From: the human T2T-CHM13v2.0 reference genome, Homo sapiens
Length of the DNA stretch: 64,000 bases
Assembly (NCBI RefSeq): GCF_009914755.1
Contig: NC_060937.1
Strand: one strand, 5' to 3'
Shown in pieces: positions 1 through 15,000 of the stretch; position 1 is the stretch's first letter; each line of letters begins with the position of its first letter. A program made the position numbers and the translations under genes. The notes below the pieces were generated by a model. It was not told the DNA's origin. It did no database searches and saw only the letters and a list, made by a program, of their open reading frames with translations.

Positions 1-3000
1 CCTTCAGAATACAGCCAGGTAAGCATGGACTGTTTCTTCATGATGGGCCCAGGTAACCATGGACCATTCCTTCAGGATAGAGCCAGGTAAGTGTGGACCA
101 TTCCTTCAGAATACAGCCAGGTAAGAATGGACTGTTTCTTCAGGATGGGCCCAGGTAAGCATGGACCATTCCTTCAGAGTGGAGTCAGGTAAGTGTGGAC
201 CATTCCTTCAGGATGGAGCAAGGTAAGCATGGACTGTTTCTTCAGGATGGGCCCAGGTAAGCATGGACCATTCCTTCAGCATGGAGCCAGGTAAGTGTGG
301 ACCATTCCATCAGAATACAGCCAGGTAAGCATGGAGTGTTTCTTCAGGATGGGCCCAGGTAAGCATGGACCATTCCTTCAGGATGGAGCCAGGTAAGTGT
401 GGACCATTTCTTCAGAATACAGCCAGGTAAGCATGGACTATTTCTTCAGGATGGGCCCAGGTAAGCATGGACCATTCCTTCCGGGTGGAGTCAGGTAAGT
501 GTGGACCATTCCTTCAGGATGGAGCAAGGTAAGCATGGACTGTTTCTTCAGGATGGGCCCAGGGAAGCATGGACCATTCCTTCAGGATGCAGTCAGGTAT
601 TTGTGGACCATTCCTTCAGAATGGAGCCAGGTAAGCATGGAGTGTTTCTTCAGGATGGGCCCAGGTAAGCATGGACCATTCCTTCAGGTTGGAGCCAGGG
701 AAGTGTGGACCATTCCTTCAGAATACAGCCAGGTAAGCATGTACTGTTTCTTCAGGATGGGCCCAGGTAAACATGGACCATACCTTCAGGATGGAGACAG
801 GAAAGTGTGGATCATTCCTTCAGAATACAGCCAGGTAAGCATGGACTGTTTCTTCAGGATGGGCCCAGGTAAGCATGGACCGTTCCTTCAGGATGGAGCC
901 AGTAAGTGTGGACCATTCCTTCAGAATACAGCCAGGTAAGCATGGACTGTTTCTTCAGGATGGGCCCATGTTAGCATGGACCATTCCTTCAGGATGGATT
1001 CAGGTAAGTATGGACCATTCCTTCAGAATGGAGCAAGGTAAGCATGGACTCTTTCTTCAGGATGGGCCCAGGTAAGCATGGACCATTCCTTCAGGATGGA
1101 GCCAGGTAAGTGTGGACCATTCCTTCAGAATACAGCCAGGTAACCATGGACTGTTTCTTCAGGATGGGCCCAGGTAAGCATGGACCATTCCTTCAGAATG
1201 GAGCCAGGTAAGTGTGGACCATTCCTTCAGAATACAGCCAGGTAAGCATGGACTGTTTCTTCAAGATGGGCCCAGGTAAGCACGGACCATTCCTTCAGGA
1301 TGGAGCCAGGTAAGTGTGGACCATTTCTTCAGAATACAGCCAGGTAAGCATGGACTGTTTCTTCAGGATGGGCCCAGGTAAGCATGGACCATTCCTTCAG
1401 GATGGAGTCACGTAAGTGTGGACCATTCCTTCACGATGCAATCAGGTAGGCAGGGACCATTCCTTCAGAATACAGCCAGGTAAGCATGGACTGTTTCTTC
1501 AGGATGGGCCCAGGTAAGCAAGGACCATTACTTCAGGATGGAGCCAGGTAAATGTGGACCATTCCTTCAGGATGGAGCAAGGTAAGCATGGACTGTTTCT
1601 TCAGGATGGGCCCATGTAAGCATGGACCATTCCTTCAGGATGGATTCAGGTAAGTATGGACCATTCCTTCAGAATGGAGCAAGGTAAGCATGGACTCTTT
1701 CTTCAGGATGGGCCCAGGTAAGCACGGACCATTCCTTCAGGATGGAGCCAGGTAAGTGTGGACCATTTCTTCAGAATACAGCCAGGTAAGCATGGACTGT
1801 TTCTTCAGGATGGGCCCAGGTAAGCATGGACCATTCCTTCAGAGTGGAGTCAGGTAAGTGTGGACCATTCCTTCAGGATGGAGCAAGGTAAGCATGGACT
1901 GTTTCTTCAGGATGGGCCCAGGTAAGCATGGACCATTCCTTCAGGATGGAGCCAGGTAAGTGTGGACCATTCCTTCAAAATACAGCCAGGTAAGCATGGA
2001 CTGTTTCTTCATGATGGGCCCAGGTAAGCATGGACCATTCCTTCAGGATGGAGCCAGGTAAGTGTGGACCATTTCTTCAGAATACAGCCAGGTAATCATG
2101 GACTGTTTCTTCAGGATGGGCCCAGGTAAGCATGGACCATTCCTTCAGGATGGAGTCACGTAAGTGTGGACCTTTCCTTCAGGATGGAATCAGGTAAGCA
2201 GGGACCATTCCTTCAGAATACAGCCAGGTAAGCATGCACTGTTTCTTCAGGATGGGCCCAGTTAATCATGGACCATTCCTTCAGGATGGAGTCAGGTAAG
2301 TGGGGACCATTCCTTCAGGATGGATCAAGGTAAGCATGGACTGTTTCTTCAGGATGGGCCCAGGTAAGCATGGACCATTCCTTCAGGAGGGAGCCAGGTA
2401 AGTGTGGACCATTCCTTCAGAATACAGCCAGGTAAGCATGGAGTGTTTCTTCAGGATGGGCCCAGGTAAGCATGGAACATTCCTTCAGGATGGAGTCAGG
2501 TAATTGTGGACCATTCCTTCAGAATACAGCCAGGTAAGCATGGACTGTTTCTTCAGGATGGGCCCAGGTAAGCATGGACCATTCCTTCAGGATGGAGTCA
2601 CATAAGTGTGGACCATTCCTTCACGATGGAATCAGGTAGGCAGGGACCATTCCTTCAGAATACAGCCAGGTAAGCATGTACTGTTTCTTCAGGATGGGCC
2701 CAGGTAAACATGGACCATACCTTCAGGATGGAGACAGGAAAGTGTGGATCATTCCTTCAGAATACAGCCAGGTAAGCATGGACTGTTTCTTCAGGATGGG
2801 CCCAGGTAAGCATGGACCATTCCTTCAGGATGGAGCCAGTAAGTGTGGACCATTCCTTCAGAATACAGCCAGGTAAGCATGGACTGTTTCTTCAGGATGG
2901 GCCCATGTTAGCATGGACCATTCCTTCAGGATGGATTCAGGTAAGTATGGACCATTCCTTCAGAATGGAGCAAGGTAAGCATGGACTCTTTCTTCAGGAT

Positions 3001-6000
3001 GGGCCCAGGTAAGCATGGACCATTCCTTCAGGATGGAGCCAGGTAAGTGTGGACCATTCCTTCAGAATACAGCCAGGTAACCATGGACTGTTTCTTCAGG
3101 ATGGGCCCAGGTAAGCATGGACCATTCCTTCAGAATGGAGCCAGGTAAGTGTGGACCATTCCTTCAGAATACAGCCAGGTAAGCATGGACTGTTTCTTCA
3201 AGATGGGCCCAGGTAAGCACGGACCATTCCTTCAGGATGGAGCCAGGTAAGTGTGGACCATTTCTTCAGAATACAGCCAGGTAAGCATGGACTGTTTCTT
3301 CAGGATGGGCCCAGGTAAGCATGGACCATTCCTTCAGGATGGAGTCACGTAAGTGTGGACCATTCCTTCACGATGCAATCAGGTAGGCAGGGACCATTCC
3401 TTCAGAATACAGCCAGGTAAGCATGGACTGTTTCTTCAGGATGGGCCCAGGTAAGCAAGGACCATTACTTCAGGATGGAGCCAGGTAAATGTGGACCATT
3501 CCTTCAGGATGGAGCAAGGTAAGCATGGACTGTTTCTTCAGGATGGGCCCATGTAAGCATGGACCATTCCTTCAGGATGGATTCAGGTAAGTATGGACCA
3601 TTCCTTCAGAATGGAGCAAGGTAAGCATGGACTCTTTCTTCAGGATGGGCCCAGGTAAGCACGGACCATTCCTTCAGGATGGAGCCAGGTAAGTGTGGAC
3701 CATTTCTTCAGAATACAGCCAGGTAAGCATGGACTGTTTCTTCAGGATGGGCCCAGGTAAGCATGGACCATTCCTTCAGGATGGAGCCAGGTAAGTGTGG
3801 ACCATTCCTTCAAAATACAGCCAGGTAAGCATGGACTGTTTCTTCATGATGGGCCCAGGTAAGCATGGACCATTCCTTCAGGATGGAGCCAGGTAAGTGT
3901 GGACCATTTCTTCAGAATACTGCCAGGTAATCATGGACTGTTTCTTCAGGATGGGCCCAGGTAAGCATGGACCATTCCTTCAGGATGGAGTCACGTAAGT
4001 GTGGACCTTTCCTTCAGGATGGAATCAGGTAAGCAGGGACCATTCCTTCAGAATACAGCCAGGTAAGCATGCACTGTTTCTTCAGGATGGGCCCAGTTAA
4101 TCATGGACCATTCCTTCAGGATGGAGTCAGGTAAGTGGGGACCATTCCTTCAGGATGGATCAAGGTAAGCATGGACTGTTTCTTCAGGATGGGCCCAGGT
4201 AAGCATGGACCATTCCTTCAGGAGGGAGCCAGGTAAGTGTGGACCATTCCTTCAGAATACAGCCAGGTAAGCATGGAGTGTTTCTTCAGGATGGGCCCAG
4301 GTAAGCATGGAACATTCCTTCAGGATGGAGTCAGGTAATTGTGGACCATTCCTTCAGAATACAGCCAGGTAAGCATGGACTGTTTCTTCAGGATGGGCCC
4401 AGGTAAGCATGGACCATTCCTTCAGGATGGAGTCACATAAGTGTGGACCATTCCTTCACGATGGAATCAGGTAGGCAGGGACCATTCCTTCAGAATACAG
4501 CCAGGTAAGCATGGACTGTTTCTTCAGGATGGGCCCAGGTAAGCAAGGACCATTCCTTCAGGATGGAGCCAGGTAAATGTAGACCATTCCTTCAGGATGG
4601 AGCAAGGTAAGCATGGACTGTTTCTTTAGGATGGGCCCATGTAAGCATGGACCATTCCTTCAGGATGGATTCAGGTAAGTATGGACCATTCCTTCAGAAT
4701 GGAGCAAGGTAAGCATGGACTCTTTCTTCAGGATGGGCCCAGGTAAGCATGGACCATTCCTTCAGAATGGAGCCAGGTAAGTGTGGATCATTCCTTCAGA
4801 ATACAGCCAGGTAAGCATGGACTGTTTCTTCAAGATGGGCCCAGGTAAGCACGGACCATTCCTTCAGGATGGAGCCAGGTAAGTGTGGACCATTTCTTCA
4901 GAATACAGCCAGGTAAGCATGGACTGTTTCTTCAGGATGGGCCCAGGTAAGCATGGACCATTCCTTCAGGGTGGAGTCAGGTAAGTGTGGACCATTCCTT
5001 CAGGATGGAGCAAGGTAAGCATGGACTGTTTCTTCAGGATGGGCCCAGGTAAGCATGGACCATTCCTTCAGGATGGAGCCAGGTAAGTGTGGACCATTCC
5101 TTCAGAATACAGCCAGGTAAGCATGGACTGTTTCTTCAGGATGGGCCCAGGTAAGCATGGACCATTCCTTCAGGATGGAGCCAGGTAAGTGTGGACCATT
5201 TCTTCAGAATACAGCCAGGTAAGCATGGACTGTTTCTTCAGGATGGGCCCAGGTAAGCATGGACCATTCCTTCAGGATGGAGTCACGTAAGTGTGGACCA
5301 TTCCTTCAGGATGGAATCAGGTAAGCAGGGACCATTCCTTCAGAATACAGCCAGGTAAGCATGCACTGTTTCTTCAGGATGGGCCCAGTTAATCATGGAC
5401 CATTCCTTCAGGATGGAGTCAGGTAAGTGGGGACCATTCCTTCAGGATGGATCAAGGTAAGCATGGACTGTTTCTTCAGGATGGGCCCAGGTAAGCATGG
5501 ACCATTCCTTCAGGATGGAGCCAGGTAAGTGTGGACCATTCCTTCAGAATACAGCCAGGTAAGCATGGACTGTTTCTTCAGGATGGGCCCAGGTAAGCAT
5601 GGACCATTCCTTCAGGATGGAGCCAGGTAAGTGTGGACCATTCCTTCAGAATACAGCCAGGTTAGCATGGACTGTTTCTTCAGGATGGGCCGAGGTAAGC
5701 ATGGACCATTCCTTCAGGATAGAGCCAGGTAAGTGTGGACCATTCCTTCAGAATACAGTCAGGTAAGCATGGAGTGTTTCTTCAGGATGGGCCCAGGTAA
5801 GCATGGACCATTCCTTCAGAGTGGAGTCAGGTAAGTGTGGACCATTCCTTCAGGATGGAGCAAGGTAAGCATGGACTGTTTCTTCAGGATGGGCCCAGGT
5901 AAGCATGGACCATTCCTTCAGGATGGAGCCAGGTAAGTGTGGACCATTCCTTCGGAATACTGCCAGGTAAGCATGGAGTGTTTCTTCAGGATGGGCCCAG

Positions 6001-9000
6001 GTAAGCATGGACCATTCCTTCAGGAGGGAGCCAGGTAAGTGTGGACCATTCCTTCGGAATACAGCCAGGTAAGCATGGAGTGTTTCTTCAGGATGGGCGC
6101 AGGTAAGCATGGAACATTCCTTCACGATGGAGTCAGGTAATTGTGGACCATTCCTTCAGAATACAGCCAGGTAAGCATGGACTGTTTCTTCAGGATGGGC
6201 CCAGGTAAGCATGGACCATTCCTTCAGGATGGAGTCACATAAGTGTGGACCATTCCTTCACGATGAAATCAGGTAGGCAGGGACCATTCCTTCAGAATAC
6301 AGCCAGGTAAGCATGGACTGTTTCTTCAGGATGGGCCCAGGTAAGCAAGGACCATTCCTTCAGGATGGAGCCAGGTAAATGTGGACCATTCCTTCAGGAT
6401 GCAGCAAGGTAAGCATGGACTGTTTCTTCAGGATGGGCCCAGGTAAGCATGGACTATTCCTTGAGGATGGAGCCAGGTAATCACTGACCATTCCTTCAGA
6501 ATACAGCCAGTTAAGCATGGACTGTTTCTTCAGGATGGGCCCAGGTAAGCATGGACCATTCCTTCAGGATGGAGCCAGGTAAGTGTTGACCATTCCTTCA
6601 GAATACAGCCAGGTAAGCATGGACTGTTTCTTCAGGATGGGCCCAGGTAAGCATGAACCAGTCCTTCAGGATGGAGCCAGGTAAGGGTGGACCATTCCTT
6701 CAGAATACAGCCAGGTAAGCATGGACAGTTTCCTCAAGATGGGCCCAGGTAAGCATGGACCAATCCTTCAAGATGGAGTCACGTAAGTGTGGACCATTCC
6801 TTCAGGATGGAATCAGGTAAGCAGGGACCATTCCTTCAGAATACAGCCAGGTAAGCATGCACTGTTTCTTCAGGATGGGCCCAGTTAAGCATGGACCATT
6901 CCTTCAGGATGGAGTCAGGTAAGTGTGGACCATTCCTTCAGGATGGGCCCAGGTAAGCATGGACCATTCCTTCAGGATGAAGTCAGGTAAGTGTGGACCA
7001 TTCCTTCAGAATACAGCCAGGTAAGCATGGACTGTTTCTTCATGATGGGCCCAGGTAACCATGGACCATTCCTTCAGGATAGAGCCAGGTAAGTGTGGAC
7101 CATTCCTTCAGAATACAGCCAGGTAAGAATGGACTGTTTCTTCAGGATGGGCCCAGGTAAGCATGGACCATTCCTTCAGAGTGGAGTCAGGTAAGTGTGG
7201 ACCATTCCTTCAGGATGGAGCAAGGTAAGCATGGACTGTTTCTTCAGGATGGGCCCAGGTAAGCATGGACCATTCCTTCAGCATGGAGCCAGGTAAGTGT
7301 GGACCATTCCATCAGAATACAGCCAGGTAAGCATGGAGTGTTTCTTCAGGATGGGCCCAGGTAAGCATGGACCATTCCTTCAGGATGGAGCCAGGTAAGT
7401 GTGGACCATTCCTTCAGAATACAGCCAGGTAAGCATGGACAGTTTCCTCAAGATGGGCCCAGGTAAGCATGGACCAATCCTTCAAGATGGAGTCAGGTAA
7501 GTGTGGACCATTCCTTCAGGATGGAATCAGGTAAGCAGGGACCATTCCTTCAGAATACAGCCAGGTAAGCATGCACTGTTTCTTCAGGATGGGCCCAGTT
7601 AAGCATGGACCATTCCTTCAGGATGGAGTCAGGTAAGTGTGGACCATTCCTTCAGGATGGGCCCAGGTAAGCATGGACCATTCCTTCAGGATGAAGTCAG
7701 GTAAGTGTGGACCATTCCTTCAGAATACAGCCAGGTAAGCATGGACTGTTTCTTCATGATGGGCCCAGGTAACCATGGACCATTCCTTCAGGATAGAGCC
7801 AGGTAAGTGTGGACCATTCCTTCAGAATACAGCCAGGTAAGAATGGACTGTTTCTTCAGGATGGGCCCAGGTAAGCATGGACCATTCCTTCAGAGTGGAG
7901 TCAGGTAAGTGTGGACCATTCCTTCAGGATGGAGCAAGGTAAGCATGGACTGTTTCTTCAGGATGGGCCCAGGTAAGCATGGACCATTCCTTCAGCATGG
8001 AGCCAGGTAAGTGTGGACCATTCCATCAGAATACAGCCAGGTAAGCATGGAGTGTTTCTTCAGGATGGGCCCAGGTAAGCATGGACCATTCCTTCAGGAT
8101 GGAGCCAGGTAAGTGTGGACCATTTCTTCAGAATACAGCCAGGTAAGCATGGACTATTTCTTCAGGATGGGCCCAGGTAAGCATGGACCATTCCTTCCGG
8201 GTGGAGTCAGGTAAGTGTGGACCATTCCTTCAGGATGGAGCAAGGTAAGCATGGACTGTTTCTTCAGGATGGGCCCAGGGAAGCATGGACCATTCCTTCA
8301 GGATGCAGTCAGGTATTTGTGGACCATTCCTTCAGAATGGAGCCAGGTAAGCATGGAGTGTTTCTTCAGGATGGGCCCAGGTAAGCATGGACCATTCCTT
8401 CAGGTTGGAGCCAGGGAAGTGTGGACCATTCCTTCAGAATACAGCCAGGTAAGCATGTACTGTTTCTTCAGGATGGGCCCAGGTAAACATGGACCATACC
8501 TTCAGGATGGAGACAGGAAAGTGTGGATCATTCCTTCAGAATACAGCCAGGTAAGCATGGACTGTTTCTTCAGGATGGGCCCAGGTAAGCATGGACCATT
8601 CCTTCAGGATGGAGCCAGTAAGTGTGGACCATTCCTTCAGAATACAGCCAGGTAAGCATGGACTGTTTCTTCAGGATGGGCCCATGTTAGCATGGACCAT
8701 TCCTTCAGGATGGATTCAGGTAAGTATGGACCATTCCTTCAGAATGGAGCAAGGTAAGCATGGACTCTTTCTTCAGGATGGGCCCAGGTAAGCATGGACC
8801 ATTCCTTCAGGATGGAGCCAGGTAAGTGTGGACCATTCCTTCAGAATACAGCCAGGTAACCATGGACTGTTTCTTCAGGATGGGCCCAGGTAAGCATGGA
8901 CCATTCCTTCAGAATGGAGCCAGGTAAGTGTGGACCATTCCTTCAGAATACAGCCAGGTAAGCATGGACTGTTTCTTCAAGATGGGCCCAGGTAAGCACG

Positions 9001-12000
9001 GACCATTCCTTCAGGATGGAGCCAGGTAAGTGTGGACCATTTCTTCAGAATACAGCCAGGTAAGCATGGACTGTTTCTTCAGGATGGGCCCAGGTAAGCA
9101 TGGACCATTCCTTCAGGATGGAGTCACGTAAGTGTGGACCATTCCTTCACGATGCAATCAGGTAGGCAGGGACCATTCCTTCAGAATACAGCCAGGTAAG
9201 CATGGACTGTTTCTTCAGGATGGGCCCAGGTAAGCAAGGACCATTACTTCAGGATGGAGCCAGGTAAATGTGGACCATTCCTTCAGGATGGAGCAAGGTA
9301 AGCATGGACTGTTTCTTCAGGATGGGCCCATGTAAGCATGGACCATTCCTTCAGGATGGATTCAGGTAAGTATGGACCATTCCTTCAGAATGGAGCAAGG
9401 TAAGCATGGACTCTTTCTTCAGGATGGGCCCAGGTAAGCACGGACCATTCCTTCAGGATGGAGCCAGGTAAGTGTGGACCATTTCTTCAGAATACAGCCA
9501 GGTAAGCATGGACTGTTTCTTCAGGATGGGCCCAGGTAAGCATGGACCATTCCTTCAGAGTGGAGTCAGGTAAGTGTGGACCATTCCTTCAGGATGGAGC
9601 AAGGTAAGCATGGACTGTTTCTTCAGGATGGGCCCAGGTAAGCATGGACCATTCCTTCAGGATGGAGCCAGGTAAGTGTGGACCATTCCTTCAAAATACA
9701 GCCAGGTAAGCATGGACTGTTTCTTCATGATGGGCCCAGGTAAGCATGGACCATTCCTTCAGGATGGAGCCAGGTAAGTGTGGACCATTTCTTCAGAATA
9801 CAGCCAGGTAATCATGGACTGTTTCTTCAGGATGGGCCCAGGTAAGCATGGACCATTCCTTCAGGATGGAGTCACGTAAGTGTGGACCTTTCCTTCAGGA
9901 TGGAATCAGGTAAGCAGGGACCATTCCTTCAGAATACAGCCAGGTAAGCATGCACTGTTTCTTCAGGATGGGCCCAGTTAATCATGGACCATTCCTTCAG
10001 GATGGAGTCAGGTAAGTGGGGACCATTCCTTCAGGATGGATCAAGGTAAGCATGGACTGTTTCTTCAGGATGGGCCCAGGTAAGCATGGACCATTCCTTC
10101 AGGAGGGAGCCAGGTAAGTGTGGACCATTCCTTCAGAATACAGCCAGGTAAGCATGGAGTGTTTCTTCAGGATGGGCCCAGGTAAGCATGGAACATTCCT
10201 TCAGGATGGAGTCAGGTAATTGTGGACCATTCCTTCAGAATACAGCCAGGTAAGCATGGACTGTTTCTTCAGGATGGGCCCAGGTAAGCATGGACCATTC
10301 CTTCAGGATGGAGTCACATAAGTGTGGACCATTCCTTCACGATGGAATCAGGTAGGCAGGGACCATTCCTTCAGAATACAGCCAGGTAAGCATGGACTGT
10401 TTCTTCAGGATGGGCCCAGGTAAGCAAGGACCATTCCTTCAGGATGGAGCCAGGTAAATGTAGACCATTCCTTCAGGATGGAGCAAGGTAAGCATGGACT
10501 GTTTCTTTAGGATGGGCCCATGTAAGCATGGACCATTCCTTCAGGATGGATTCAGGTAAGTATGGACCATTCCTTCAGAATGGAGCAAGGTAAGCATGGA
10601 CTCTTTCTTCAGGATGGGCCCAGGTAAGCATGGACCATTCCTTCAGAATGGAGCCAGGTAAGTGTGGATCATTCCTTCAGAATACAGCCAGGTAAGCATG
10701 GACTGTTTCTTCAAGATGGGCCCAGGTAAGCACGGACCATTCCTTCAGGATGGAGCCAGGTAAGTGTGGACCATTTCTTCAGAATACAGCCAGGTAAGCA
10801 TGGACTGTTTCTTCAGGATGGGCCCAGGTAAGCATGGACCATTCCTTCAGGGTGGAGTCAGGTAAGTGTGGACCATTCCTTCAGGATGGAGCAAGGTAAG
10901 CATGGACTGTTTCTTCAGGATGGGCCCAGGTAAGCATGGACCATTCCTTCAGGATGGAGCCAGGTAAGTGTGGACCATTCCTTCAGAATACAGCCAGGTA
11001 AGCATGGACTGTTTCTTCAGGATGGGCCCAGGTAAGCATGGACCATTCCTTCAGGATGGAGCCAGGTAAGTGTGGACCATTTCTTCAGAATACAGCCAGG
11101 TAAGCATGGACTGTTTCTTCAGGATGGGCCCAGGTAAGCATGGACCATTCCTTCAGGATGGAGTCACGTAAGTGTGGACCATTCCTTCAGGATGGAATCA
11201 GGTAAACAGGGACCATTCCTTCAGAATACAGCCAGGTAAGCATGCACTGTTTCTTCAGGATGGGCCCAGTTAATCATGGACCATTCCTTCAGGATGGAGT
11301 CAGGTAAGTGGGGACCATTCCTTCAGGATGGATCAAGGTAAGCATGGACTGTTTCTTCAGGATGGGCCCAGGTAAGCATGGACCATTCCTTCAGGATGGA
11401 GCCAGGTAAGTTTGGACCATTCCTTCAGAATACAGCCAGGTAAGCATGGACTGTTTCTTCAGGATGGGCCCAGGTAAGCATGGACCATTCCTTCAGGATG
11501 GAGCCAGGTAAGTGTGGACCATTCCTTCAGAATACAGCCAGGTTAGCATGGACTGTTTCTTCAGGATGGGCCGAGGTAAGCATGGACCATTCCTTCAGGA
11601 TAGAGCCAGGTAAGTGTGGACCATTCCTTCAGAATACAGTCAGGTAAGCATGGAGTGTTTCTTCAGGATGGGCCCAGGTAAGCATGGACCATTCCTTCAG
11701 AGTGGAGTCAGGTAAGTGTGGACCATTCCTTCAGGATGGAGCAAGGAAAGCATGGACTGTTTCTTCAGGATGGGCCCAGGTAAGCATGGACCATTCCTTC
11801 AGGATGGAGCCAGGTAAGTGTGGACCATTCCTTCGGAATACTGCCAGGTAAGCATGGAGTGTTTCTTCAGGATGGGCCCAGGTAAGCATGGACCATTCCT
11901 TCAGGAGGGAGCCAGGTAAGTGTGGACCATTCCTTCGGAATACAGCCAGGTAAGCATGGAGTGTTTCTTCAGGATGGGCGCAGGTAAGCATGGAACATTC

Positions 12001-15000
12001 CTTCACGATGGAGTCAGGTAATTGTGGACCATTCCTTCAGAATACAGCCAGGTAAGCATGGACTGTTTCTTCAGGATGGGCCCAGGTAAGCATGGACCAT
12101 TCCTTCAGGATGGAGTCACATAAGTGTGGACCATTCCTTCACGATGAAATCAGGTAGGCAGGGACCATTCCTTCAGAATACAGCCAGGTAAGCATGGACT
12201 GTTTCTTCAGGATGGGCCCAGGTAAGCAAGGACCATTCCTTCAGGATGGAGCCAGGTAAATGTGGACCATTCCTTCAGGATGGAGCAAGGTAAGCATGGA
12301 CTGTTTCTTCAGGATGGGCCCAGGTAAGCATGGACTATTCCTTGAGGATGGAGCCAGGTAATCACTGACCATTCCTTCAGAATACAGCCAGTTAAGCATG
12401 GACTGTTTCTTCAGGATGGGCCCAGGTAAGCATGGACCATTCCTTCAGGATGGAGCCAGGTAAGTGTTGACCATTCCTTCAGAATACAGCCAGGTAAGCA
12501 TGGACTGTTTCTTCAGGATGGGCCCAGGTAAGCATGAACCAGTCCTTCAGGATGGAGCCAGGTAAGGGTGGACCATTCCTTCAGAATACAGCCAGGTAAG
12601 CATGGACAGTTTCCTCAAGATGGGCCCAGGTAAGCATGGACCAATCCTTCAAGATGGAGTCACGTAAGTGTGGACCATTCCTTCAGGATGGAATCAGGTA
12701 AGCAGGGACCATTCCTTCAGAATACAGCCAGGTAAGCATGCACTGTTTCTTCAGGATGGGCCCAGTTAAGCATGGACCATTCCTTCAGGATGGAGTCAGG
12801 TAAGTGTGGACCATTCCTTCAGGATGGGCCCAGGTAAGCATGGACCATTCCTTCAGGATGAAGTCAGGTAAGTGTGGACCATTCCTTCAGAATACAGCCA
12901 GGTAAGCATGGACTGTTTCTTCATGATGGGCCCAGGTAACCATGGACCATTCCTTCAGGATAGAGCCAGGTAAGTGTGGACCATTCCTTCAGAATACAGC
13001 CAGGTAAGAATGGACTGTTTCTTCAGGATGGGCCCAGGTAAGCATGGACCATTCCTTCAGAGTGGAGTCAGGTAAGTGTGGACCATTCCTTCAGGATGGA
13101 GCAAGGTAAGCATGGACTGTTTCTTCAGGATGGGCCCAGGTAAGCATGGACCATTCCTTCAGCATGGAGCCAGGTAAGTGTGGACCATTCCATCAGAATA
13201 CAGCCAGGTAAGCATGGAGTGTTTCTTCAGGATGGGCCCAGGTAAGCATGGACCATTCCTTCAGGATGGAGCCAGGTAAGTGTGGACCATTTCTTCAGAA
13301 TACAGCCAGGTAAGCATGGACTATTTCTTCAGGATGGGCCCAGGTAAGCATGGACCATTCCTTCCGGGTGGAGTCAGGTAAGTGTGGACCATTCCTTCAG
13401 GATGGAGCAAGGTAAGCATGGACTGTTTCTTCAGGATGGGCCCAGGGAAGCATGGACCATTCCTTCAGGATGGAGCCAGGTAAGTGTGGACCATTTCTTC
13501 AGAATACAGCCAGGTAAACATGGAGTGTTTCTTCAGGATGGGCCCAGGTAAGCATGGACCATTCCTTCAGGATGCAGTCAGGTATTTGTGGACCATTCCT
13601 TCAGAATGGAGCAAGGTAAGCATGGAGTGTTTCTTCAGGATGGGCCCAGGTAAGCATGGACCATTCCTTCAGGTTGGAGCCAGGGAAGTGTGGACCATTC
13701 CTTCAGAATACAGCCAGGTAAGCATGTACTGTTTCTTCAGGATGGGCCCAGGTAAACATGGACCATACCTTCAGGATGGAGACAGGAAAGTGTGGATCAT
13801 TCCTTCAGAATACAGCCAGGTAAGCATGGACTGTTTCTTCAGGATGGGCCCAGGTAAGCATGGACCATTCCTTCAGGATGGAGCCAGTAAGTGTGGACCA
13901 TTCCTTCAGAATACAGCCAGGTAAGCATGGACTGTTTCTTCAGGATGGGCCCATGTTAGCATGGACCATTCCTTCAGGATGGATTCAGGTAAGTATGGAC
14001 CATTCCTTCAGAATGGAGCAAGGTAAGCATGGACTCTTTCTTCAGGATGGGCCCAGGTAAGCATGGACCATTCCTTCAGGATGGAGCCAGGTAAGTGTGG
14101 ACCATTCCTTCAGAATACAGCCAGGTAACCATGGACTGTTTCTTCAGGATGGGCCCAGGTAAGCATGGACCATTCCTTCAGAATGGAGCCAGGTAAGTGT
14201 GGACCATTCCTTCAGAATACAGCCAGGTAAGCATGGACTGTTTCTTCAAGATGGGCCCAGGTAAGCACGGACCATACCTTCAGGATGGAGCCAGGTAAGT
14301 GTGGACCATTTCTTCAGAATACAGCCAGGTAAGCATGGACTGTTTCTTCAGGATGGGCCCAGGTAAGCATGGACCATTCCTTCAGAGTGGAGTCAGGTAA
14401 GTGTGGACCATTCCTTCAGGATGGAGCAAGGTAAGCATGGACTGTTTCTTCAGGATGGGCCCAGGTAAGCATGGACCATTCCTTCAGGATGGAGTCACGT
14501 AAGTGTGGACCATTCCTTCAGGATGGAATCAGGTAAGCAGGGACCATTCCTTCAGAATACAGCCAGGTAAGCATGCACTGTTTCTTCAGGATGGGCCCAG
14601 TTAATCATGGACCATTCCTTCAGGATGGAGTCAGGTAAGTGGGGACCATTCCTTCAGAATGGATCAAGGTAAGCATGGACTGTTTCTTCAGGATGGGCCC
14701 AGGTAAGCATGGAACATTCCTTCAGGATGGAGTCAGGTAATTGTGGACCATTCCTTCAGAATACAGCCAGGTAAGCATGGACTGTTTCTTCAGGATGGGC
14801 CCCGGTAAGCATGGACCATTCCTTCAGGATGGAGTCACATAAGTGTGGACCATTCCTTCACGATGGAATCAGGTAGGCAGGGACCATTCCTTCAGAATAC
14901 AGCCAGGTAAGCACGGACTGTTTCTTTAGGATGGGCCCAGGTAAGCAAGGACCATTCCTTCAGGATGGAGCCAGGTAAATGTGGACCATTCCTTCAGGAT

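Noticed and set aside
499-14060. Repetitive ORFs in the array (MWTIPSEYSQVSMDCFFRMGPGKHGPFLQ...)
   Set aside because: 34 mod 3 = 1, so the TAA in each GTAAG closes each frame once per trimer. ORFs appear only where a TAA is mutated and recur simply because the DNA is duplicated; no coding evidence.
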